64,000 nt of DNA from the IMG/VR virus record IMGVR_UViG_3300047457_000500, positions 59,488-123,487 of that record; one strand, written 5' to 3'. Positions within the stretch are counted from its first letter, which is position 1, and the number at the start of each line of letters is the position of its first letter. The notes under the pieces were generated by a model, which saw only the letters and a list, made by a program, of their open reading frames with translations, was not told where the DNA came from and searched no databases. Made by a program: the position numbers and the translations under genes. This stretch comes from a virus. Of the stretch, positions 34,627 through 44,549 are shown piece after piece.

Positions 34627-35385
34627 ATGCCATTAACAGACGAGCAAAAACGTATAACTGAGCAGGTTGAAAAAAATAGCGGTATGTCAAAAAAAATAGT
34701 AGAATCTTTTTCTTTAGATGAAATTAGAAAATTAAATAAGGATGAAATAGAGGATCCACGAGAACTAAGTCAGGATCAATTAGATGGTGCACTACTTTTT
34801 AAATCAAGGGAAGAGTATATCAAAAGCCTAAAAAAAGGATTAAGATATATGGAGGTTGGAGTTGCCTGGGGATATTATTCTGAATTAGTTTGTGAAAGCG
34901 CCAAACCATCGGTTATTGATTTGGTTTGTAGGTTTGATCAGGATATGAAATGTTGGTCATGGAGAAGGTTTGGCGAATGCCAATGTAAGCCTATAAAGCA
35001 TACATATGATTTTTCTGCTGAAGAATCAGAAGATTTTATTAAAAATAAATTTTTAAAATACGGAAACGTTACAACATATAAAGGGGATGCAGAAGATATT
35101 CTTCCAACCTTTATAGGCAGAGAGTATGACTATATATACATAGACATTCATAATGGAAGAGCAGCAACAAGAAAAGTTTTATCAGACTCTTCTAAATTAA
35201 TTCCAATTGGTGGAATAATAGGACTAAATGATTATTTAATTTATGATGGAATAATAGATGGAGTTCAATATGGAACATATCAAACAGTAAATGAATTTTT
35301 ACACTACAATAAAAATTGGTCTGTTAATGCACTCGCTCTTCATAAATTAGGATTTTATGATATCTATCTTAGGAGAGATTGGTGA
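34627..35385 (+). CDS. Class I SAM methyltransferase (Methyltransf_24-like)
   Basis: MEVGVAWG, YDYIYID.H and GGIIGLNDY motifs. Confidence 0.8.
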   Translation: MPLTDEQKRITEQVEKNSGMSKKIVESFSLDEIRKLNKDEIEDPRELSQDQLDGALLFKSREEYIKSLKKGLRYMEVGVAWGYYSELVCESAKPSVIDLVCRFDQDMKCWSWRRFGECQCKPIKHTYDFSAEESEDFIKNKFLKYGNVTTYKGDAEDILPTFIGREYDYIYIDIHNGRAATRKVLSDSSKLIPIGGIIGLNDYLIYDGIIDGVQYGTYQTVNEFLHYNKNWSVNALALHKLGFYDIYLRRDW

Positions 35386-36272
35386 GTTTAGATAAAGATT
35401 ATATATTAAAAAAAGACATTTCTAATCAAGGAATGTCTAATACAATATCAAATGAATTTGATTTATCTTGGCATAAAGGAAGTAATGTTTTTGAAGAAAC
35501 TATAACCAAATCTGAAATTAAAACTAACGTTATAGATGACAAAACTGTTTTATATAAATATAATTCAAATTTTTTTAGATCTAGTGAATTTACAACAAAT
35601 CCTTCAAGACCACATATTTTATTTGCTGGATGTTCGCAAACCGAAGGCATAGGCGGTAATCTAGAAACTGTTTGGCCAACCATTTTTTTACAAAACTCTA
35701 ATGTTGAAGACAAGACATTGTACAGTTTAGCCAGGTCTGGTTGGGGATGGCAAATGATAATAGATAATATAAGAATATATATACGTGAGTATAGTAAACC
35801 AGATTATATTTTTATTCTGTTGCCAAACATATCTAGAAGGTTTGAATTTGACACAATAAACAATAACGACTATTGCTATATGCAAAGGTATCCGAAGTCA
35901 TCTGGTGGCCCTTCGGAAAAAGAAGACATAGGTATTTTATCTAAAAATGAATATTTTGAATCACTTATGAATTTTGTTGTTGGTTGGAGACTTTTTATAG
36001 ATTACTGCAATTCAAATAATATCAAAATTTTGTGGTCTACTTGGTACTTTAATGATTTAGAAAATTTAAAAACATTAAAAATGATAGATAGTTCATATGT
36101 GCCCATGAATATAGATGATCAAGTAGATTATGTTGCAACCCAATATCAATCAGGGTGGCAAAAAACTGAGCATGACTTAAAGAAAAGAGATGGTCATGCT
36201 GGTACATTAATTAATATGTATTATGCTAATTGCTTTTTAAAAACAGCAAAGGAGAAATGGAATGTTTTTTAA
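35379..36272 (+). CDS. SGNH/GDSL-like protein
   Basis: FAGCSQTEG and RDGHAG motifs. Confidence 0.7.
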   Translation: MVSLDKDYILKKDISNQGMSNTISNEFDLSWHKGSNVFEETITKSEIKTNVIDDKTVLYKYNSNFFRSSEFTTNPSRPHILFAGCSQTEGIGGNLETVWPTIFLQNSNVEDKTLYSLARSGWGWQMIIDNIRIYIREYSKPDYIFILLPNISRRFEFDTINNNDYCYMQRYPKSSGGPSEKEDIGILSKNEYFESLMNFVVGWRLFIDYCNSNNIKILWSTWYFNDLENLKTLKMIDSSYVPMNIDDQVDYVATQYQSGWQKTEHDLKKRDGHAGTLINMYYANCFLKTAKEKWNVF

Positions 36273-36346
36273 AAAAATATACAGAAAATTTAAAAAGTGG
36301 AACTATATGAGAAGATTAAAAAAGCAACTAAAAGATCCACCAAACT

Positions 36347-36913
36347 TTATTTACTAACTAAAAAACATCTTATTGCATATTTTTTGCCAGACACTATTGG
36401 GTTTGACCTATGTGTATAAGGCCAGTTAGAAGGAAACATAATCAGACTATTTTTAGGAGGTGTAATTTTAATATCAAAATGTTTAAATTCTAATTCTCCA
36501 CCTTCATAATCATCATTTAAATATGCTAAAGCAGCACCAATTCTATTGTCCATGCCAAGAGTATCGCTGTGGAAAATAACAGAATTATCTATTTCATATT
36601 TTAACAAAGTCACCATTGGTCTAGAATCATCCCCGTAATCTGGCATCATGTTTGGCACATTATATAAAGACTTATAAATATTTATGCAGTTTTCAAGTTT
36701 AATTTTGAAGTCATCATACAAAATTTTTGCATTATTATCTAATTGCTCTATATCACTCAACTGTATAGAATAAGATTTTCTTACAATGTCTCCATTTGGA
36801 TTGTTTATTTTTAATTGAAAATGATCAGATATATTATTTTCTATAAAACTAATATACTCTTGATCAAAAAAATTATCAAATAATACTATTCCTGGGCCAA
36901 GTATTTTATGCAT
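36347..36913 (-). CDS. 2OG-Fe(II) prolyl hydroxylase-like oxygenase
   Basis: HSD, YLNDDYEGGEL, FPSNWPYTH and GKKY motifs. Confidence 0.85.
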   Translation of the reverse strand: MHKILGPGIVLFDNFFDQEYISFIENNISDHFQLKINNPNGDIVRKSYSIQLSDIEQLDNNAKILYDDFKIKLENCINIYKSLYNVPNMMPDYGDDSRPMVTLLKYEIDNSVIFHSDTLGMDNRIGAALAYLNDDYEGGELEFKHFDIKITPPKNSLIMFPSNWPYTHRSNPIVSGKKYAIRCFLVSK

Positions 36914-36945
36914 AATTTTATTGTACCATATGATACAATTATTAT

Positions 36946-37707
36946 GTGACTATATTTCATAACCATATACCCAGAACTTCAGGCGGAGTAATAAATCATT
37001 ATATTAAAAATGATGATCGAATAAACAAATATATTATTGAGCCTACAGATCAAATTGACGTTGAAGAGTTTAAAAACAAACAATACATTGCGGGTCATAT
37101 TGGACAATTACCACAAAAATACATAGATGATGTTATGTCATTTTCTTTTATTAGGGATCCCAAGGAACAATGGCTAAGTTGGTTTTGGTTAATGTATAGG
37201 CAGGGGCTTACAGTAGTTGATTCAAAAATAGTTGGTTCCGTATACGGTACACCTCAGTCTTATATGGAAAAATTTTTGTATGATGAATCATATTACCCTG
37301 GAACATCAAATATTCAGTCAAAATTCCTATTAGGTTATGTAGATGTAGACCTATGGAATAAACTTGAAGAACCTATAGATAAAATGAAGGCAAACTGGTG
37401 TTTAAAAGAATACAATATGGATCAGTCAGAAATAGATAATGCTATTGAGTCTAATCTATTAGAGACTGTTGAAAATAGAGATAAAATGATTGACTTTTTA
37501 AATACCGTTTTTAAGAAAAAATACAAAATAAATAATGCGATATCACATTATGAGTGGTCTGGACATAACACACCAAAACCAAACCCGCTGGACTTTTCTA
37601 TCCCAGATTCCTGGATCAACAGAATAAATGAATTGAATAATGTAGACCTTTATTTATACAATAAGGTTGGGGCTGCTAAGAAAAAATATGCTATAATGTC
37701 ATTATGA
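36946..37707 (+). CDS. Sulfotransferase family protein
   Basis: HIPRTSG 5'-PSB loop and FIRDP....S 3'-PB motif. Confidence 0.75.
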   Translation: MTIFHNHIPRTSGGVINHYIKNDDRINKYIIEPTDQIDVEEFKNKQYIAGHIGQLPQKYIDDVMSFSFIRDPKEQWLSWFWLMYRQGLTVVDSKIVGSVYGTPQSYMEKFLYDESYYPGTSNIQSKFLLGYVDVDLWNKLEEPIDKMKANWCLKEYNMDQSEIDNAIESNLLETVENRDKMIDFLNTVFKKKYKINNAISHYEWSGHNTPKPNPLDFSIPDSWINRINELNNVDLYLYNKVGAAKKKYAIMSL

Positions 37708-37934
37708 GTACTTTTAAAGTAGGACGTGCTGGTACGGGGACCTGCCGTGAAAGACAATACCCACTATTTAAAGATAATGAGCAGGTAGGCTGTTTCTATT
37801 TACCAAAGGATGCTGCTAACCACGCTAGAGAAGAGTTTGGTGCTACAGAAGTAGTCGCATTTGACATCGATAATCTGGAGTCAACAGAAGAAGTTGTTGT
37901 TGTATACCAGGATGGCAAGTGGGTTCTTAAGTAA
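37704..37934 (+). CDS. Small Cys protein, tandem paralog A
   Basis: MSTFK..C.E..YPL..VGCF..PK motif shared with the next gene. Confidence 0.65.
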   Translation: MSTFKVGRAGTGTCRERQYPLFKDNEQVGCFYLPKDAANHAREEFGATEVVAFDIDNLESTEEVVVVYQDGKWVLK

Positions 37935-38182
37935 TGTCTACATTTAAAATTGAAAAAAGTGGATCATTCGGATGCGAAGAAAACAAGTATCCACTTTTAG
38001 TAGATGATGTCTGTGTTGGATGCTTTGAATTTCCTAAAGAAGCAGCAGCAGAGGCAAGAGAAAGAGGGGCTACTGCTATAGATGCTTTTGACTATACATT
38101 GCCAGAAGACGAAAGTTCTAGACACGCCCTAGCATTAAAGCCAGACGGAACATGGTGCCATACCTTTTCAAATATGGCCTAA
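37934..38182 (+). CDS. Small Cys protein, tandem paralog B
   Basis: Same motif as the previous gene. Confidence 0.65.
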   Translation: MSTFKIEKSGSFGCEENKYPLLVDDVCVGCFEFPKEAAAEARERGATAIDAFDYTLPEDESSRHALALKPDGTWCHTFSNMA

Positions 38183-38206
38183 CAAAAAAGAAAAGAGAAA
38201 GTAAAT

Positions 38207-38899
38207 ATGGATCCGCTTAAATTTAAATACCAACAAGAAGGTTTTACAGAAAGCAGGAATGGAGAAAGGTTTTATTTCTCATCACCATTTCCTGGCATGC
38301 ACATTTATGATAATGTATGGCCAGATTCCATGGATTTTATTAATGAAATAAGTAAAGATGAGTTTTGGGAATCTAATGAACGTGGAAACAGAAAGTGGAT
38401 TCGTGAAGACTATTATGATGAATTAAATGGTAAAAGATCAGAAACATGTTGGATTTGGAATCATCCCAAGTTTGTTGAAAATTTTCAGGAAGTTATTGAT
38501 TCCTATTTATGGCAATGGGATCTTGCCCCACTAAGCAGAGAAGCAATGAGAATATCAAGGTACGAGCCAGGAGAATGGTTCTCTATGCATGCAGACGATT
38601 CATATGGAACACCTAGAACAGTATCTATGGTGTACTACCCAAATGATGATTACGAAGGTGGAGAATTAGAGTTTGTTCATTTTGGAGTTAAGATAAAGCC
38701 GAAGGCTGGTCAGTTGTTTGTGTTTCCATCAGCATATAGTTATATGCATAAAATTCATGCAATTAAATCTGGCGTTAGGTATACCTTTGTATCTTTCTTC
38801 TCAGAGATATCAGAAAAAGAAAGACAGACAAGATTTGCACAAATAGAGTTTCCATATACAACAGACCTTCAGTATCAATTTGAAGACAAAAAACTATGA
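38207..38899 (+). CDS. 2OG-Fe(II) prolyl hydroxylase-like oxygenase
   Basis: HAD, YPNDDYEGGEL, YMH and GVRY motifs. Confidence 0.85.
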   Translation: MDPLKFKYQQEGFTESRNGERFYFSSPFPGMHIYDNVWPDSMDFINEISKDEFWESNERGNRKWIREDYYDELNGKRSETCWIWNHPKFVENFQEVIDSYLWQWDLAPLSREAMRISRYEPGEWFSMHADDSYGTPRTVSMVYYPNDDYEGGELEFVHFGVKIKPKAGQLFVFPSAYSYMHKIHAIKSGVRYTFVSFFSEISEKERQTRFAQIEFPYTTDLQYQFEDKKL

Positions 38900-39780
38900 C
38901 TTTAAGAAAAATTATAAACGAAACAGTATATGATTTAGAAGATCAGGTAGAGTGTCTACAAAATAATTTTCCAGCATGGATGGTGCAACCTGGTTTTATT
39001 TTAAAAAACAATCAAGTAGTTTATAAAATTAACTACGTAGACGACGAAGAGTATAGCCCTAAGCAATCTTTTTATTTTCTTCATATACCTAAAACTTCTG
39101 GAATGTCTATAAAGGTTCCTTTATTGCATGGATTTAACCAAAAAAGAATGTACAGTAACTTTTTACAATACATTAATGATGATGAAATGATAAAGTGTGA
39201 TTTTGTTAGTGGTCATTTTGCATTATATCCAGTAGAACTATTCAAAAGTTTTAATAAAAAACTATTAACCTATACAATATTAAGAGAACCTACAGAAAGA
39301 TTTTTGAGTAACTTTTTATATCAAAACAATAATCCTACGTTAGATGATTTAGATTACTTTATGCATGATCCTAAACAAAATAATGTTCAGCACAAACATC
39401 TTACATGTACGTTAAATATAAAAGACCTTACGCCACATTATAATTTGTTATGTGAAAATAAAATAACTTATGAAGAATATAAAACTAGAGCACTATCTTA
39501 TAATGATTTAGTTATGGTTTATGATAATATAGACGATGCATTACAAAATATTAATTATATTGAGATAGTGGAAAATCAAAAAGATTTATCAAAATTAAAC
39601 AACATTACTTCAAAAAAATTTGGAGTTTATCTTCCTATCAAAAAACCATTTGAGAATGTAGGCAAGAATAAAGATTTTATTAATACAATACCTAAGAGCA
39701 TGATAAATACAATAAAAGAAAATCAAAACTTAGACTACGAACTTTATGAAAAAATAAAGATGGGCTACTACAATGAATAG
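38896..39780 (+). CDS. Sulfotransferase family protein
   Basis: FLHIPKTSGMS and LREPTERFLS motifs. Confidence 0.85.
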   Translation: MTLRKIINETVYDLEDQVECLQNNFPAWMVQPGFILKNNQVVYKINYVDDEEYSPKQSFYFLHIPKTSGMSIKVPLLHGFNQKRMYSNFLQYINDDEMIKCDFVSGHFALYPVELFKSFNKKLLTYTILREPTERFLSNFLYQNNNPTLDDLDYFMHDPKQNNVQHKHLTCTLNIKDLTPHYNLLCENKITYEEYKTRALSYNDLVMVYDNIDDALQNINYIEIVENQKDLSKLNNITSKKFGVYLPIKKPFENVGKNKDFINTIPKSMINTIKENQNLDYELYEKIKMGYYNE

Positions 39781-39798
39781 CCCATCCCTTTTATAGAA

Positions 39799-40068
39799 CT
39801 ACTTCTTTTTTACAGTGGCTTTCTTTTTAGGGGCAGCCTTTTCTGCTAACTTCTTTAGTTCTGAATCGACTACAGTTGCAATCAATCCGAATGCTGGATC
39901 TTTTGGATTTACTGCTCTTAATGCAGGTCCTGCTATTGCAATTACACCAGCAAGCAATACGCCAGTCAGAGTAACTCCATCACCTTGTGCAACATATGTT
40001 GCTGCAGCAACTGCAAAAGATCTTCCATAAGAAGACAACATTTCTTTGTGTGACTTTTTAAGTTTCAT
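39799..40068 (-). CDS. Holin-like membrane protein
   Basis: SYGRSF...ALRAVNPKDPAFG; hydrophobic helices and a basic tail. Confidence 0.55.
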   Translation of the reverse strand: MKLKKSHKEMLSSYGRSFAVAAATYVAQGDGVTLTGVLLAGVIAIAGPALRAVNPKDPAFGLIATVVDSELKKLAEKAAPKKKATVKKK

Positions 40069-40077
40069 TTTTTCCTC

Positions 40078-40236
40078 CTAGGATATGAATCTTGTTATGG
40101 CATCGTAACCTAGCCATAGTCCTATTATACCAGCCACTCCTGCAAAAACTGGTGGTGCTGGAACTGGTAGTTTAAAGGCAGCAAAGATAACTCCACATCC
40201 AAAACCAGTTATAATTGATAAAACTATTTCCTTCAT
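40078..40236 (-). CDS. XapX-domain (DUF1427-like) membrane protein, 52 aa
   Basis: Manual translation ...FKLPVPAPPVFAGVAGIIGLWLG...; AAGGAG RBS. Confidence 0.75.
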   Translation of the reverse strand: MKEIVLSIITGFGCGVIFAAFKLPVPAPPVFAGVAGIIGLWLGYDAITRFIS

Positions 40237-40439
40237 TTTTCTCCCTTTGTGTTAGTTGGATGATCTAATGGAGTTGGAACTGTCATTAAAGCACCACATT
40301 CATTGCATTCCCCGTCTAAAAAATAAATCCCTATTTCATAATCTGAGGGATCAAAAATAACCTTTACTCTTATTACTTTAGAGCCACACATTAAGCAACA
40401 TGACGATGGGATACCACGTAGATTAACCTTGTTCTTCAT
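40233..40439 (-). CDS. Zinc-ribbon protein
   Basis: CLMCGS...CNECG. Confidence 0.6.
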   Translation of the reverse strand: MKNKVNLRGIPSSCCLMCGSKVIRVKVIFDPSDYEIGIYFLDGECNECGALMTVPTPLDHPTNTKGEK

Positions 40440-41970
40440 AAAACTTTTCCTTTAAAATATGAAAATGTGTTTTAGAGTTATCTACAATACTGTCCCATAC
40501 ATTTTTTGCTTCCTGTCTTTTCTGAAAATATTTTTCCATTTTATTCTTAATGTCAGAATTATTAGCATCAGACATTTTTTCAAGAAGACTTATATATGTT
40601 TTATAAAATGGTCTTATGCCAAACCCTGCCTTGATAGTGTCTACGTTATTATTTGCCCATTCTACATTAGATTTAAAATAATTTTTTGGATATGACTTAG
40701 AGGTAACACTTCTCCAATACTCTGTGTCATTTCTTTGAGACAATGCGTAATGCATTCCTACAAAGTCAAACATTTTTTCTATTCTTGTTTTAGTTTTATA
40801 ATTAAAATTATCAATGTCATACTGTGTTACTGATCCTCTTTCAAGAGCATCTACCAACGTAAAGCAATTTTGATGAGTAAGTAATAAGCCAGTGCTTTCA
40901 AGAGGTTCTAAAAACCCTGCTGCCAAACCTACAGCAACAACATTACCAACCCAAAATCTATCATAGTATCCGTTGTGTATTTTTATATTTTTAAATGTTA
41001 AAGATTTTGATCTTTCTGGATCGTGAACCACCATTTGATCAGAATCTAAGTATTGCTTATACTCCTCAAGAGCATCTTCATCACTTATAAAATCATTACA
41101 GTATACATATCCAGAACCAATTCTATTCCAAAGAGGGATGTTCCAGACCCATCCATTATTAATAGCAGTACAATTAGTAAAGGTTTGTAACTCTTTTTCT
41201 TTATTAGTATATGGAACATGCGCTGTCCATGCCCTGTTGTTAGGCAAAAACTCTGCTGTTGAGATAAACTTTTCATTGATAAACTTACCTAGCAATATAC
41301 TGTTAAATCCAGAACAATCAACAAATAAATCAGCAGTTACTTCTGTGCCATCATCTAAAACTAAAGAATGTATTCCTGAATTGCTTGGGTAAATTTTATT
41401 TACTGTACCCCAAATTCTTTTTACTCCTCGTGGCATAGCATAAAACTCTGCAAGCCAGTTGCCTAATTTAGTAGCATCCATTTGCAATGCCAAATCCCTA
41501 TGCGGTTGGTAAGGATTCATGTCCTCTATATGATCAACCACGATCTTATTTGTTTCTATACTTTTTGCCTGCGGGAAAAAATATCTAACATAATCTTGAT
41601 CTTCAGTTTCTGGGTAAAAAGCCTTTTTATAATACCAATCATCTAAACCAAAACATGTTAACTCTTTATCTAAATTTGGGTGCCCAAATGGATAATAAAA
41701 TGTTTTAGAGTCTTTAGTTTTAAAGTTTGTAAAACCAATTGCAACCTTGTATGAAGCATTTGTATACTTCATAATACTAGAATAATCTAAATCTAAAAAG
41801 TTAAAGAATCCATTTATTTCAAATGTAGTGCTTTCTCCAACACCTATTATAGGAACATCTTTACTTTCAATTAAAACTATTTCTTTTTCAGGATATGCTT
41901 TTATCAAAGCAGATGCTGTCATCCATCCAGCGGACCCTCCGCCAACAATAACTATCTTATCTGTCTTCAT
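40423..41970 (-). CDS. Flavin-dependent tryptophan halogenase-like protein (PrnA family)
   Basis: GGGSAGW, GVGEST, FVDCSG, GWVWNIP and FLEPLESTG motifs. Confidence 0.9.
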   Translation of the reverse strand: MKTDKIVIVGGGSAGWMTASALIKAYPEKEIVLIESKDVPIIGVGESTTFEINGFFNFLDLDYSSIMKYTNASYKVAIGFTNFKTKDSKTFYYPFGHPNLDKELTCFGLDDWYYKKAFYPETEDQDYVRYFFPQAKSIETNKIVVDHIEDMNPYQPHRDLALQMDATKLGNWLAEFYAMPRGVKRIWGTVNKIYPSNSGIHSLVLDDGTEVTADLFVDCSGFNSILLGKFINEKFISTAEFLPNNRAWTAHVPYTNKEKELQTFTNCTAINNGWVWNIPLWNRIGSGYVYCNDFISDEDALEEYKQYLDSDQMVVHDPERSKSLTFKNIKIHNGYYDRFWVGNVVAVGLAAGFLEPLESTGLLLTHQNCFTLVDALERGSVTQYDIDNFNYKTKTRIEKMFDFVGMHYALSQRNDTEYWRSVTSKSYPKNYFKSNVEWANNNVDTIKAGFGIRPFYKTYISLLEKMSDANNSDIKNKMEKYFQKRQEAKNVWDSIVDNSKTHFHILKEKFYEEQG

Positions 41971-42322
41971 TTGGTCTCATTTGCTCTAATTGCTCAAACG
42001 CTTTCTTTATTCTAGGAACTGATAGGTCATTGGGAGACTCAGATTCTTTTTCTAAAATATTTGCAAACAAAACTAATTCATTTTGCAAGTCTTCAATATA
42101 CTTATATGCCATCTCTCGTGTATCATTTAAAAATGCTATGAAATGATCTTTATCTGGATCTTCATTTGTATGAATAAGTTTATCTTTTATAGCATTCATA
42201 TCTATTGTTGACTGCGCTAATAAAAACATCAACTCAATATTTTTATTTTTTAACCTTATATTTTCTATTACTGCGCCAGTAATAACTACTACAACGACTA
42301 CAAATATCAATAAATCAAGCAT
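41957..42322 (-). CDS. Membrane-anchored hypothetical protein
   Basis: N-terminal TM helix. Confidence 0.6.
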   Translation of the reverse strand: MLDLLIFVVVVVVITGAVIENIRLKNKNIELMFLLAQSTIDMNAIKDKLIHTNEDPDKDHFIAFLNDTREMAYKYIEDLQNELVLFANILEKESESPNDLSVPRIKKAFEQLEQMRPNEDR

Positions 42323-42812
42323 TTAGTGCCTCATGTGTTGGCCAATAATACTTGCACGGTAATTTACGCTCTGGGCAACAAGGTGAGTTAAAAAAACTAT
42401 TAACATATGGCTGAAATTTTGCATAATATAGAGGATCTTTATTAAACAAACTAACCCTATGTGTGGTAGTAATTCTAGACAATTTATTATCATCAAACCA
42501 AAATGAAGGAGTGTCACTACGCCAATCGTTCCAACATTGGTCTTTAAGTCTATTAAGGTTTGTCTCATTGTTTTCTGTCTTGATGCCACGAGACTTAGCC
42601 TCTAAAATCATAGCCTGTACATATGACCACAAACCACGCTCAAACCCACGCCACATTAATACTGCTGGATGATTACGCCACCCACCTGTAGGAGACTTAC
42701 CAGATAAAACATTAAGTATTTGGTAACATTCTAAAATTTGTTTATTAAGACGTTTTGAATCAAGTATTTGAGCAGACTGACTAAAGTCTTGAGATGGTAG
42801 AAATGTTTGCAT
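42315..42812 (-). CDS. Pyrimidine dimer DNA glycosylase-like protein (endonuclease V family)
   Basis: MQTFLP, LDSKRL.KQ..E..QI and HPAV.MWRG motifs. Confidence 0.8.
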   Translation of the reverse strand: MQTFLPSQDFSQSAQILDSKRLNKQILECYQILNVLSGKSPTGGWRNHPAVLMWRGFERGLWSYVQAMILEAKSRGIKTENNETNLNRLKDQCWNDWRSDTPSFWFDDNKLSRITTTHRVSLFNKDPLYYAKFQPYVNSFFNSPCCPERKLPCKYYWPTHEALNA

Positions 42813-42813
42813 G

Positions 42814-43050
42814 TTATTTACCGCCTTCACGTACTAAAAGAACAACTGCGCCATTGTCCTCAAGAGCCTTTTTAACCCTTATCATATATTCTACAGCACG
42901 GCGCTTATCTGTGTCAAGTAAAGACATAAAAGATTTTTCTGGTGCCCTAACTGTTATAAAACTATCATTGTCTACCAGTTCTAGTTTAAATCCTTTTGGG
43001 GCAAAATGGTCTAATGACCTAAATGCTTTACGCATAGCATCTGTATACAT
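42814..43050 (-). CDS. Hypothetical protein
   Basis: Operon-coupled ORF. Confidence 0.6.
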   Translation of the reverse strand: MYTDAMRKAFRSLDHFAPKGFKLELVDNDSFITVRAPEKSFMSLLDTDKRRAVEYMIRVKKALEDNGAVVLLVREGGK

Positions 43051-43349
43051 TAAAATAATTCTTCTGGTTGCTTTCTAGCAGTAGTTATTATTGCTTTGGT
43101 CCCTTCCCACCTTACACGACCCTTGCACCCAACATTATATTTTGTATCGCCTTCATATTCTGACGACACTGCATAAGCATATCCATGTAATTCAAAATCA
43201 CTAGCCAAAACTTGGTTTCCATTAATAAAAATTCTCCAAACCATCGGATCGTCTGGCCCAGCCTTTGTATTAAATCTTAATATAATATCATCATATGGCC
43301 TTAACCATCTATCTTTAATTATAGACCAAATATAATTTAATTTATTCAT
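43050..43349 (-). CDS. Hypothetical protein
   Basis: Operon-coupled ORF. Confidence 0.6.
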   Translation of the reverse strand: MNKLNYIWSIIKDRWLRPYDDIILRFNTKAGPDDPMVWRIFINGNQVLASDFELHGYAYAVSSEYEGDTKYNVGCKGRVRWEGTKAIITTARKQPEELF

Positions 43350-44104
43350 AGTCCCATTTCTTTTCTTTTTTGTGTTGCAGAAATAGACTGTATATTATCA
43401 GGCAATGTTACCTGTTCAATCTTATATCCTACATCACGACCATACACAATGTTTGTAATATTAGGCAATCTTAATACAAGGGTATCCTTAAATGGATTAT
43501 CTTGTTTAATATAATTTTCTACTTCGCTATACTGTAAAGGATCTTTTTCTGATGTCTTGTATGTATTACGGACCCCAACCAGTACCTGATTAGTTCTTTT
43601 ATGTGCTTCTTCTTTTAATGCTTGATGACCCTCATGCCACGGTTGGTAACGTCCAAGTTGCAACGTAGTTGGAGCAGACCAATCAAACAATCCGCCAGCC
43701 TGTATTACAGTATTAACTTCTTGCTCTATTGTGTATCCATCTAATATTCTTAAATCAAAAATCCTAGGCTCTTCCCAAATCTTATTTGTATTTTCAAATC
43801 TGCCTTCTTTAATTCTATCAACCCACACTACTAAATCTGCATCACCAAATGCTTCTCGTGTCTGTTCTGTAGGACAAATAAAGTCAACAATAACTGGTGC
43901 TACATTTTGTTTTGCAATAAGACGTGCCATCTCACCCATGCGTCTTGCTTGCTCAATTCTATCTTCTGGTGTAAAGGAAAGATCAGAATTAACTGTAGAC
44001 CTAACCTCATCAGCATTAAGATGTATAGCGTTTATTCTCTCTTTTAGCGCTACCGCTAGTGCAGTTTTGCCAGATCCAGGAAGCCCAATTATTTGAATTA
44101 TCAT
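43346..44104 (-). CDS. Adenylylsulfate kinase-like domain fused to an HxGH nucleotidyltransferase
   Basis: GLPGSGKT, NADEVR..DLSF..EDR and GRYQPWHEGH motifs. Confidence 0.85.
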   Translation of the reverse strand: MIIQIIGLPGSGKTALAVALKERINAIHLNADEVRSTVNSDLSFTPEDRIEQARRMGEMARLIAKQNVAPVIVDFICPTEQTREAFGDADLVVWVDRIKEGRFENTNKIWEEPRIFDLRILDGYTIEQEVNTVIQAGGLFDWSAPTTLQLGRYQPWHEGHQALKEEAHKRTNQVLVGVRNTYKTSEKDPLQYSEVENYIKQDNPFKDTLVLRLPNITNIVYGRDVGYKIEQVTLPDNIQSISATQKRKEMGL

Positions 44105-44111
44105 ATATCGA

Positions 44112-44549
44112 TTATATCAGACCAACATAATCGCTACAAATTCCAGCAATAAAGTCTGGTACATTATTTCTGGGATCTTCTAAATATACCAAAATACTTT
44201 TATCTGTTACTGGCATACCAGGGTATGTCCAAATATAATGATTTGTAGTTATTGTATGCTTGTCGCTCTCATGCCAAAATCCTTGATAATATTTTGGCTT
44301 ATTGATTATATAATTTAATGCATCTAGATTTTTACAATGTAGCCATATTTTTTTTACATATGAGTCTATAAAAAATTGATCAATCTGGTACTGAGGATAG
44401 TCGTGGCCAAGATATAGCACATTATCTACTACCCAAAAATCTACCTCAACATTATATCCAGATGATATTGCCTTCTTTATATATTCAGGATTATTTTCTA
44501 GTTCTTTATTTGGACCAAATATATTTCCTCTATGTGATATTTTAATCAT
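44112..44549 (-). CDS. GDPD/PI-PLC-like phosphodiesterase
   Basis: ISHRGN, EN, VEVD, LGHD, HCKN and GICSD motifs. Confidence 0.8.
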   Translation of the reverse strand: MIKISHRGNIFGPNKELENNPEYIKKAISSGYNVEVDFWVVDNVLYLGHDYPQYQIDQFFIDSYVKKIWLHCKNLDALNYIINKPKYYQGFWHESDKHTITTNHYIWTYPGMPVTDKSILVYLEDPRNNVPDFIAGICSDYVGLI

